The position numbers and the translations under genes are program-made. This document shows, in pieces, positions 1-15,117 of a stretch of DNA of 64,000 bases (positions are counted from its first letter, which is position 1; each line of letters starts with the position of its first letter). This DNA is from Dimorphilus gyrociliatus (taxonomy: Eukaryota; Animalia; Annelida). The notes beneath the pieces were generated by a model, which was not told where the DNA came from, searched no databases, and saw nothing but the letters and a program-made list of their open reading frames with translations. Where the stretch lies: contig CAJFCJ010000011.1 of assembly GCA_904063045.1 (NCBI GenBank), positions 62,001-126,000 on the forward strand, given 5' to 3'.

Positions 1-4131
<4,131 letters not shown>

Positions 4132-4187
4132 CTAATCCTATCCCGGGCTCCACTTGGCTGCTTTCCTCCGCTGCCAAGGTATTCGGA

Positions 4188-4195
4188 TCACGTGA
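4188..4195. promoter_or_regulatory. Palindromic E-box/CLEAR-like TCACGTGA in the EML-ZCRB1 divergent intergenic region
   Basis: Exact 8-mer within the 298-bp spacer between two divergent ATGs. Function is inferred only. Confidence 0.35.
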
Positions 4196-4393
4196 CACAG
4201 GTAAAATAAACTGGACCCGTATTCTACACGCATCGAATTGGTGCTTTCCTATGATGCTTTTACTACGCCTGCGCAGTTTATATCACAAGCTTAAAAACAA
4301 GCAGACGATATCGAAAAAGAAGAAAAATTAGACTTATTAATTGTTTTTAAAACATTTAAATAACTTACGCCAGGTTTACCGAGAACAGCGCCA

Positions 4394-5135
4394 ATGAGTG
4401 GTGGTATTGCACCAAGTAAAAGCACAGTTTATGCTTCAAATCTTCAATTTACCTTAACAAACAATGATCTTCACAAAGTATTTGAAAAATTCGGAAAAAT
4501 CGTCAAGTAATATTTATATCATGACCTCTAACATCAATTATAAGTAAAACTTTTAACAGAGTAACTATAGTAAAAGATAAAGAAACACGAAAGAGTAAAG
4601 GTGTTGCCTTTGTTCAATTTCTGGATAAGTTTGATGCCACAAAGGCTATAGAATCTTTAAACGGAACAGATTTATTCGGTCGCAAACTTAAGTGCAGCAT
4701 GGCGAAAGATAATGGAAGATCTACAGAATTTATCAAAAGAAGGCAATACACCGATAAATCTCGTTGTTATGAGTGCGGTGAAGAGGGTCATCTTAGGTAT
4801 GATTAATAACAAACAACTATTTATCTAAATAACTCAAATAGAAGATTTTCAGCTACAAGTGCCCGTTAAATGCTCTAGGAGATAGACAAGCTCCGAAGAA
4901 GAAAGAGAGAAAGGAGAAGATGAGAAAGAGGAAATTTGAACCAAATGAAAGGAATGTCGACGAAGAGGAAGAGAATATAGAATCTGACGACAATGCAGAA
5001 GATCCTGCTCTTGAATCTTTAGCAGCTATAATATGGGAAGAAACTGATAGAAAAAATGTCTCTCATGATGGATCTAAGAAAAAGAGAGTATATAAAAAAA
5101 GTTCATATTTTAGTGACGAAGAAGAATTGGAGTAA
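4394..5135 (+). CDS. ZCRB1: Zinc finger CCHC-type and RNA-binding motif protein 1 (U11/U12 snRNP 31K)
   Basis: [17 protein letters not shown]... RRM, followed by the [14 protein letters not shown] zinc knuckle. Exons 4394-4506, 4560-4796 and 4853-5135, with 53- and 56-nt GT-AG introns. Confidence 0.95.
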
Positions 5136-5185
5136 CTTTTTCCAACATTCTGTATATTTTTTATAAAAAACATGAAAACTACAAA

Positions 5186-6594
5186 TCATTCCAATTCAAT
5201 TATGTCCGGTGTACTTTTTGGTTTAGACAAGCTGAATGAGCTTACTTTTTTAACTTCTCGAGACGATTGTACAAACTTGTGACTTCCTCCAAGTCCGTTA
5301 TAGCCTCTAGAAATTACTGGACCACTGTTTGTTTTTTTCCATTGGAACGTTTTTGAACGTTTTAAAATATTTAAATTTTTAAGAGCTGAACTATTAGAGG
5401 CTTTTGGAGATTTCTCTTTAGAAAGCAAAGCTAAACAATGACTAGGTAATTGGGGAGAAGACATGTTGTTATCAAGTTTTAATCTTTTTGTAATAACTTC
5501 TTCGTCGTCAGATAATTCTATCTCTTCAGTTTGAGATTGTAACGGTGCAGGAGATTCTTTTAACAGTCTATGTGCAAAACTACTACGGGTTTCTGTGGGA
5601 GAGTCTATAGCTTTTGATAAAGCCTCAGATTTTTTTTTGTAACTCTCCGCTCGTTCCTCAAGAGTCTTGGCATTTTCTTCTAAATCTTCTATTAGCTTTT
5701 TTGATTGGTCCAGCTAAAGAAAAATATCAATTTTTATATTATATTTATAAATTATATAATCACGCGACCTCCAATTGCTTTTGCCGTAAACTCTTTTTAG
5801 CATCTACAACTTCTCTTCTCATTTTTTCTAATTTGGCTGAAACTTCGCTGGATTTCTTACGCTTCATATTTAATTCTTTAGTTAACATTAGACACCAGCT
5901 CTTAAGCTCATCTTTGCCTTGGTTTTCGACTGAGAGAGCAATTTCTTTATCGGATTTAATACCGTCCAATATATTTGACACTTCAACCAGTTCTTTTAGT
6001 TTCCTCTTAACGTTTTTAAGTTCCTCCGTCATATGATAAGCCTTTACCTCACATTCTTGCAAAGATGCTACTTGATCTTTAAGGCATTGTCTTTTTTTTC
6101 TTTCTTCATCCAATATCCTTTCCAGACTTGCTATTCTGTCTTTATCTAATTGTCGATTGCTAATACTCTGTGTCTACAATTTCAAAAAGTGGCTATATAT
6201 ACCATATATGATATATAATATATAAAATATTTTGTAACTGACTAATTTCTCCTTTGCATCTTTCGCTTCTTTCTCTTTGCCTTTTAGCTGGGCTTTAACT
6301 GACGATAGTTGATTCTTTAAAGTCGCTTCATCAATTTCAGGTTCGGTTCCCAATTGGAAAAAGAGCTTTGGTATATAGCCACTATTTGACGGTATATTCT
6401 GCCGGCAATGAGGACAACTTCGTCTCCGTTCGAGCCTATTTTAATGAATTTTTGCAAACTATTAGTTATAAAGGCAACTTTACAAACCATTGCTCAAGAC
6501 AGGTTGTATGAAAAACATGACCACATTTAGCGACAGCTATGTCAGTAAAATCATCATAAAAATCCGAGCAAATAACACAAACGGCGTTCTTCAT
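5186..6594 (-). CDS. TRAIP: TRAF-interacting RING E3 ligase (TRAIP/nopo-like)
   Basis: N-terminal RING (CVICSDFY...KCGHVFHTTCLEQW|LERRRSCPHCR), then KLFFQL..DEATLKNQLSSVKAQL, matching TRAIP KLFFDL..AEFLKNEL. A long coiled coil follows (ORF 5760-6113), then a low-complexity tail (ORF 5186-5464). About 4 exons. Confidence 0.82.
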
Positions 6595-7316
6595 AATAAA
6601 GCAGTATTTCAGTTAAAACATAATGTTTGAAAACAAAATCAAAATGTTCGGTGCCATTTTACATACTAGTTGGATAGGTGTCCAGTTCCACAGCGGAAGA
6701 AGAACCAGTCGGAAAAGAATTTAAAATTAAGAACTTTAATAATATTTATATTCTCTAGCCTGTGTTCTACTATTAATAATGCGAATATTTTTTTTATCAA
6801 TTATCAATAACTAATAAATAAGCTATTTTATAAAAGTTTTTTTTTAAAAACATTAAAAATTTTCATCGTTAATAATAAAGAATATAAAACATTCATCATT
6901 ATAAATAAAGCTAATATAAAAGATATATTTGTTTGAAACCGGTTCAAGTTAACCTGACGTATCTTTATCGAAAGGTAATGAAATACTAGAAGTACATGAG
7001 TTTGCGGAAAAGGTCGAAAAATGACTTCTTGGTTGTTGAGTTATTACGGATAATGAGTTTTTAGATAAGTTCTTCTGTCTCAATGGAGCGGGTAATTGTA
7101 AAAAGTTAGGGCTAGGAATTGGTTTTAGCTGAGATCTTTTTAATTTTTTGCCTAAAGTAGTTTGGGGAATTATACTGGATATAGGAAGTTGTAGTCGTTC
7201 TAAACGAGGTCGATCATCATTTATCACTAAAGCTCTTTTGCCAATATTCTTTTCCAGACTAAGGGAATTTATTCTCGTGGCAGGGGGCGCCAGAGTACCT
7301 AAAATAAGTGAAACTA

Positions 7317-7946
7317 TTAGAAATTATAGTTAAGACTCTCGCTAGTTTCATTTGTATTACTTCTATATTCTTTCCACTTTTTATTATGATCAGTAGCTAA
7401 TTTAATATGTTTAACCTTCTTTTTAGAAATGAACACATCTTCTCTGCTAAAAGTTGACAAACTATCTAAAGTATCATTAGAATCGGATAAAAATTCTGAA
7501 GAAATTTGAAGAGAATTGGATAAAAATTTCAGTTGATGCATCTCTTGATTAAGAGCGCAACAAGGGCAAAAACAATGAGTTAAGCAATCACCAAAATTAG
7601 ACCCTGGAATACGGAACTCTTTGCGAATTTTTCGTCTAAGTGTTAACCCCATTAGCCAATGCATACAAACCACAGTGGCAGCGCAATACAGACAAGTAAA
7701 TATATCTTTATATAGTACTTTTAAATAATTCATAGCAATTGCATTCATCACGTAAGTTCTGCAAGGAAATAGAACGGAAGATATAGGGCATTGTTCCATA
7801 TCACAAAGATTTATACTCCAATCCGGTTTGTAAGATGTCTCGGGAAATTCACAGTATACAGTTGGTTTCCTAGTTAAGCGATTGTCTCTAAGAGATGTAT
7901 AACATTTTTGAACAGCAGTGATAGGATATTGGTCTTTTTTATCCAT
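7317..7946 (-). CDS. PLAC8/cornifelin-family Cys-rich protein, copy B (possibly spliced onward to 6949)
   Basis: DWSINLC...FPC...GLTLRRKIRKEFRIPGSNFGDCLTHCFCPCCALNQE is the PLAC8 signature (R..IR..Y/F.I.G...DC..H..CPCCAL.QE). Confidence 0.85.
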   Translation of the reverse strand: MDKKDQYPITAVQKCYTSLRDNRLTRKPTVYCEFPETSYKPDWSINLCDMEQCPISSVLFPCRTYVMNAIAMNYLKVLYKDIFTCLYCAATVVCMHWLMGLTLRRKIRKEFRIPGSNFGDCLTHCFCPCCALNQEMHQLKFLSNSLQISSEFLSDSNDTLDSLSTFSREDVFISKKKVKHIKLATDHNKKWKEYRSNTNETSESLNYNF

Positions 7947-8248
7947 GTATTTGATATAATTTTCGAATATAGTATGATCTTTTTTTACACGTAAACATTT
8001 ACAAAACCATCATATTAAGATTGACTTGGAGTAATTACTATATATACAGGATATACATATATACTGTATTTCTTGTATATATAGAATTTTAATATAACAC
8101 TTCAAACTACCTATTTATTATATATATATATATATATAAAAAAGGAATCAATTTAATGATATTCTATAAAAAGAAAGTAAAACAAATTTATTTATATAAA
8201 GAATCGTTTCGACTATTGAGATCGTTTTTTTTTTTTTTAACTCTCAGT

Positions 8249-8791
8249 TTATTTGATTATTTATCGACCCAATTTCTTAATTGACTTCGTTCCTGAAACA
8301 ATTAAGTATTATATAAATTTTTTTGTTATTAGGGATATAAAAAATGACTTTTCGACCTGGATAAGCGCACAACAAGGGCACATAATATGTATGATTGTAT
8401 CGCAGATGGGGTGACTTACAATACCATATTCAGCCCTTATTTCTCCTCGAGTTAAACAACCAGTTACCCAGTGTAAACAACATAGTCCCAGAAATGCGTA
8501 GAGTAAACAATTTGCCAGCATAAATTGTTCACCTTGTCTCATTTCTTCTACTATGAAACCATACATACAACAAGGGCAACAGTAGGCTACTAGACATTGT
8601 TTGGGCTCCCTTATCATATTTGGCCCGCATAAATCATTTTCCCAATCTTCATAAGGGAGAAAAGACATTGGTTGATTAGCGAAACCGACATTTGCGGAGG
8701 AATAAGGGTTTTGTCCATGAGTTTGAAATGCATTTGGTTGAGTTTGAATAGCATTTGAAATAGACGGAACACTAGCTGTTAAACTATCCAT
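8249..8791 (-). CDS. PLAC8/cornifelin-family Cys-rich protein, copy A
   Basis: DWENDLCG...YCCPCCMYG...TRGEIRAEYGIVSHPICDTIIHIMCPCCALIQ, then a short intron (CAG|GTCGAA...TTTCAG) and last exon ERSQLRNWVDKIIK*. Confidence 0.88.
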
Positions 8792-9342
8792 TGATTTTAA
8801 TAGCGCAACATTCAGCTTTTATTCAAATTTTCAATTGATGTCATTGATTATTAATAATGGCGCGAGGAAATTACGTCAGAACAGTAAATTTCAAACAAAA
8901 ACAAAGGATTGAATAGATATGACTTCGTGGCATTTGTGATATTTTCGGTGAGTTTCTAGTTTTTAATATAATAAACTCAGGTAGTTTAGGTGAATGAAAT
9001 TATTTATGAAGAGATAACTGACAGAAATATAGGCCAATTTTTTAAAAATAAACTCTAGTAGATAGTATAAACCATGTTTAACGATAAGATTATATATTCT
9101 AAAAATAGAAATATATCATCATAGTAAAACAAGAAAAATAACACAAAAGAATGTTTCGTTTTATTATAAATGTAGAATTTATATGGAAAAAAATTGCCAT
9201 TTGTAAATTTTCTTTAATTTCGTTCTTAAAAAATAAATATGATAAATTTTTTTCCAGACATTTGTATATCACTACTGTTTAACGTCGATTAGTTTACATT
9301 CAATTATTAAGATAACACCTTCCCTTGTTTGAGGGCGTTACT

Positions 9343-9723
9343 TCAACTATTAAGAACTAATAATCCTCTTTTTGTTAAGCTTTCTTTCACGAGGTTGAAT
9401 ACTCTTAATTGATCTTCTTCTCTTAGAGCGAGTATTTGTTGAATGATTTTAGCTGGTTGCGCTAGTCTGTAATATTGATAGATGTTGTTAACTCTTCTTA
9501 CTTTTTTTTTTGTATACAAATAGGCTTTCTGTTTGCAAATCACATCAAATTCATTTATACTACAGCAATGCATGCCAAATTTACAATTATGGCAAAAAAA
9601 AAAGAAGAAAACAAAAAAAGAATAAAGAAAAGTTTAAGAAAAATGATTACGAGACAAACATGTACAAAGTATCACAGTTAATTGTTCAAAAATTGTCAAT
9701 TATTACCATGCTGCGTTGTTTTC

Positions 9724-9754
<31 letters not shown>

Positions 9755-9761
9755 TTATACA

Positions 9762-9798
<37 letters not shown>

Positions 9799-12700
9799 TC
9801 TGTACTCGAGCAAAACATTTTCGTTATGCCTTATTAATTTTAGTGTGGAACAAGACCCTTCCGTATCAGGTTGTCTTTTAACGTTTGATATAGTTCGATT
9901 TGGTCGGCGGAATTTAATTTGAGGATTGTTGAGAGTAACTTTGCCGGACCTACGGCTCTGAGAAAACATGCAAACAATTGTTAATAACTACAACAAAAAA
10001 AATTACAATGATTTAGCTTATTTTACTATAAACATCAAAATAATATAATACAAACATCAACTAAAATTATAGGAAATCGTGTGTTTTATACGATAGCTAC
10101 TATTAAATAGGGGAAATTTTTTTTTTAACTTACTTTATAAAGCTCGAATGGTAAACATGAACAAAAGTTGCCATTAAAAATTGACAATCGAATCTGTCCA
10201 TAATTCCTCCGTGGCCTGGGATTGTGTCACCAAAATCCTATAATTGAAAGAAAGAAAAAAAGAGATTAATTTAACTTATTAAGTTTAGCTTTATTATAAA
10301 GCTACAGTGCGTGTTATTTATTTATATGGCTTTTTGTTGATGTTGTTGTTATTTTTGTTTTTATACCTTAATTTTAAAAGCGCGTTTGAAACCGCTTGCA
10401 AAGAAACCACCAAAAGGACCAATAATTGATGCGAAAATCGAAAATGAGATAGAATGTAACATGAATGGGTACATTTTTACAGTTTCTAATTTCACCCCAA
10501 CCTGAAGAGACATAAAAATGCACATTAATTGATTTTATCTAAAAATAGTGTATAGTAAAAGCTATTTATTTACCAGTCCGTATAAAGTCTGTAGTACTTT
10601 TGGAAGTGTATAATCCGTTAATTGGAAAACGGGTACTCTTTCGCAGTCCATACTTAAGGAATCTTTACTTTCGTTGTATTCAATTGGACAAATGAAATAA
10701 TCGAATGATACGAGGCAATAAGATAACTGAAAAAAAAAAATTTAACCGAAACGATTGTTGCAGTTGTTTTACATTGGTATGTAAAAAGAGATAATTTTAA
10801 AAAAATCATATTAGGCAACCCACCACCATGCCAAATATAACAGTACTGAAAGCTCCGCCAATAAAACCTTCCCAAGTCTTTTTAGGTGACAGTTTTATTA
10901 AAGGAGTTTTACCAAAGAAGAACCCAAACAGATATGCCATGATATCATTGCAGATTATCATTGAAACCGGAACCAAGAACCTAAAGTGGTTTTAGAAAAG
11001 CGCAAAACGATTAGTGTAAACAACACGCAAACATAGTAATCAATAGATAGCATAAATCTGATAAACGACTACAGGATTATGATAAAACACAATAGATATA
11101 CTTTATAACGTACATTATATATTGAATTTTTTCAGTGCATTTAAACAATCTAATTCCTAATTATGTAACTAAACATAAAAGAATATGGTTTATAACTTTG
11201 TCAATTCTAGGAAAGAATTATGAATATAAATTCTTATATAATCCTTTTAAATTATGACTTTAGTCGTTTATCAAATATAACAAGAGAAGATATATTAAAG
11301 TAAAGAATATTACCATATGAGTCCTTCAAAGATATTTTGCATAATAAGATGGGATTGTGTGACAACAATCAACAGGGTTACGTGAGTCCATCCGAACTAC
11401 ATTAAGAAACAAATAGATTTTTTAACTCTAATAATAGAAAGGAAGATTGATAAAGTGCAAAATATAATTCACTTCTATTTCTCTTATTATGACTATAAGT
11501 TTTATAATAAAAATATAATTTACTTACAAGTGTAAATTGCTTTAGATAATGAGTTTTGACTAGGCTTAAAACAAAACCAACGAAGCCGCTAACGTATAGA
11601 GAGAAAGATATAAATCGATGGTAAGTTACAAATGGCTTGATAAAGTCCTGTATAAAAAAAAAAATAAATTATTTAAATAATTCTTATCTAATTAGCATAT
11701 TTATGATTATAGAATAATTACTGTTTTGCTGGCAAGTACACCAAAATATTGAATTAAGCTTTCTCCATAAAAAAAGTAGTTTGATGCTATTAAAAAGTAC
11801 CAGCTCAAGGTTCGGAACCAGGGTAAATCGTGAGATTTATAGACGGCGTAACCGATATTTATTATTTCATGAAAACATTTAATTTGTATAATAAAAATCT
11901 GTTTAGAATTAAAATTATATATAAAATATATATAGAAACATAATGCTATTTTATACTAACTAAAATCACTAAGGCCAAAGGTCCCAAGTATATGACTGCG
12001 GCAAAACCAAATATCATAACCCAAGTAAAAATACCGCGAATAATCCAATTTCTCCATCTAAACGAAAGTAATTTTTGAATATTAATTAAAGATTATCATT
12101 TTATTATAAGTTATAAAATAATTAAATTACCTTGGTGTTAAATCTTTTAAAGCGGAGTCAATTACTTCGGTTGTTTTATCGCTAGCTTGTGGTAGTTGTT
12201 GAGAAACATCTGGGTCTATAGACAAATCATCCGCTGTATCTCCCGAACCTGGATGATTTTCACTTCGCTATAATCGAAATAGGTGATATTCTATTAGTAA
12301 AATATATTAAAAATTATATATATATATATTTATACATATCTAAATTTCCAAACCAAGTTGGGCGATAATTTACTTACCTTTTATCTTATTAATCTTTATT
12401 CTAAGCATTTATTAAATCTATTTATAGATTGTGGGCAGTTTCATTTAGAATATATAGTAAAAATAATAGTTGGTCCATGAAATTCACAATACTTTGCAAA
12501 AATTCTGTATATAATTTTATATTTAACTTGTAGGTATTTTGCTATTTGCATTTATTCTTATTAATATTTTGAATAGTATTATGGTCTGAATTTTTGATAG
12601 TTTTTACATTGTTAGCTTTGCTTGATATAATCTATATTTTGTTGAGTCTGTATCAACATATTTTATAGTTATAAAACCATGTTGGCCGTTAATCATTTAT

Positions 12701-12962
12701 TGACCATAGTTTTACGATGACTGTATTCATTTCAATTTTTTAAAACTATTCCCAGTAAATTTTGCAAATGACAAAATTCCATTTAGAGTTTACTATTTGA
12801 AAGCGATTTCAAAATATGCTACTCTTAGTCAAGGTAACACCCAATTTAATCTTATAAAACAGTTTACTTGTCAGTGACTTAAATGTGAAAATTAAAATAA
12901 TCGTCAATTGATTAACTTACATCTGATTTGTCCTCAACTTTTCTCTGTCTTACGTCAGTCAT
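9343..12962 (-). CDS. CDS2: Phosphatidate cytidylyltransferase (CDP-diacylglycerol synthase, CDS1/2-like) with two alternative last exons
   Basis: Absent from the ORF track because the exons are short. Exon 1 (12962-12921) encodes [14 protein letters not shown]. Later exons encode [67 protein letters not shown] and [29 protein letters not shown] (the CTP_transf_1 signature). Last exon is 9957-9840 or 9466-9343. CDS1 versus CDS2 is not resolvable. Confidence 0.95.
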
Positions 12963-13062
12963 TGTTAAATGATATTAATTATTTTATGTAGAAAAGCCTT
13001 TTAAAACCCAAAATTAGCGAAATTCTTCAAAATTTTCGCATAATCTCGCTGACCAAACGGAA

Positions 13063-13072
13063 TCTCACGAGA
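13063..13072. promoter_or_regulatory. Near-palindromic TCTCACGAGA in the CDS-MCU bidirectional promoter
   Basis: One mismatch from the TCTCGCGAGA promoter motif, with flanking TCTCG half-sites at 13044 and 13074, inside a 288-bp divergent spacer. Confidence 0.3.
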
Positions 13073-13250
13073 CTCTCGGGTCATTAATTGTAACCTGGCA
13101 ACCTGTCCATTTTATTTGGTAAAGAATCGTCTTGTAAGAAATTGGGATTACCCAGAATAATAATAAATTTTTACTATTCCTACTATTATAGAATAAATTA
13201 TTTTTTGCGGATTATTATAGAATCCATATCAGGATCCCAGATCATTAGAC

Positions 13251-14919
13251 ATGGCGCTGGGTACGAGATGTTTGTTTGTTTGCTCTTATTCAAGGAGGTA
13301 TTTCTCCTGTCTTAGATCATCAATTCTAAAACAAAAGGTAAGAGTTGAGGAAAAAAACTATTTCTCACCATATATAGTAAAATTACGGTGAAACTTTTAG
13401 TAACTGTTACTTTTTTGCAAGGCTTTAGATTGGCGTAGTATTGTTTTATAAAGTCTGCAACATCAACAGCAATAAAAAGACGTAACTTGTTTTAATGAAT
13501 TTTAGATACAAAATAAAATGATATTTCCCCTGGCTTTTAATTTTATAGCGATCTCTAGGCCCCTTGCAATGTATTAGTATTCATTGATCGGTAAAACGAA
13601 CACTTCCGCGCCTAGTTGCCAGCTTCAAGGATTTGCTAATCAGAACGTATTGAATACAGATTTCATACCCGAGTGGCCTCTATGTACACTGCAGATTCTC
13701 ATCCGTCCAGTCTGGGAGTGGAGGTAAGTTGAAAAAAAAAAGATAAAAAAAATAGTAAAACTTAGAGATAAGAAATTGCTTGGAAAGCAGATAATTTTTG
13801 AAGAGCTATCCAGTAAATTGTATAATAAACAACGGCTCAAATGGCGATGTATATATGTATGTATTATTGATGACTGCACACTAATGGTTGGCGATCGATT
13901 CATAAAATGCGAAAAATACCAAATCGCCATCGCAAATTGCTAATAAAATAAAGAAAAATTGATAAGATTGCTTATGTCAACCATACTCGATGCTCGATAC
14001 CTCTTCAAAATGTTTGCAAACATTCCGCTAATCACTCTAGCGACTTGTTAGAAAATAAGAATAGTGTTTGTTTGGTATCGAAGATTGTCGACTTTAATAC
14101 ATCCCATTGACCTCTTGTTCAGGCAATTGACGCTTTGTTAATGACCACGTCGGTAGGCAGCCAATTCTCTCTCGTATTCCTATGCGACTTTATCAAGTAC
14201 AGAACACGACGCTTATCAATATTCATAATTGTAACGAATTCCTTTCACTCGACAAGAAATAGCTGATTATCTCAAACTTTTGATGTACAATTTAATAGAT
14301 TGCATACCATACTATATTAAATCCTTGAGCTAATTCACTTACAATTAATATACCTGTTGAAATTTAATTAGTGTTCGTAATTATCTAGGTTTCATTGCAT
14401 ATAATGAATGCTTACAGTTCAACAAGAGCGTCACTGTTCTATTTAAGTCATTTACAAATATCTGCTAGTGTCGTTTAGACCGAAAAAAAAAACCTAATGA
14501 TAGAAGACGGTTATTTGTTAAAGAAAACGAAGAAGAAGGGAGGAGGAGGGGGACGCGAGTGGGGAAGAGAAAAAAAAATCTTCTTCTTACGTGTCAACCG
14601 AATGTTTGTTTTACAATATATAATGTCTATTTTTTTCCCTTCACCAGTTTATTCTGTTTATGAATGAAGGATAGATCGTTAAATATAATGATATAATAAG
14701 AAAAGTATATATTATAGTTTATCGGTAGTTGTACTTTTTTTTTATTTTTTTTTTAATTTTCTCTGTGATAAAATCCATATTCTTAGTGAAAGCCTCCAGT
14801 TACGAAATGGCCCCTTTTATGGAAACACTGTACTAATATTTATCTAATAATTCCTTATTTTCTTCTCTGTCTTTAAATTCTGCTCACTCGTTTTTTTATC
14901 TTGTATATTAGATATACTA

Positions 14920-14973
<54 letters not shown>

Positions 14974-15076
14974 AATATTCCATTTACTTAAAACGATTCT
15001 TAGTCTGTTTGAAGAGATGATTTTAGCCTATCTGAAAGAATAATAATCGATAGTCAGGTGTATATCCTTTATAGCC

Positions 15077-15117
<41 letters not shown>

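Noticed and set aside
9510-9969. ORFs ending in YIYIYI (9510-9881 +, 9751-9969 -), and similar ORFs at 41811, 56412-57042 and 60410-60800
   Set aside because: They are produced by (TA)n or (GA)n microsatellites. The 9751-9969 ORF is the wrong frame of the real alternative CDS exon.
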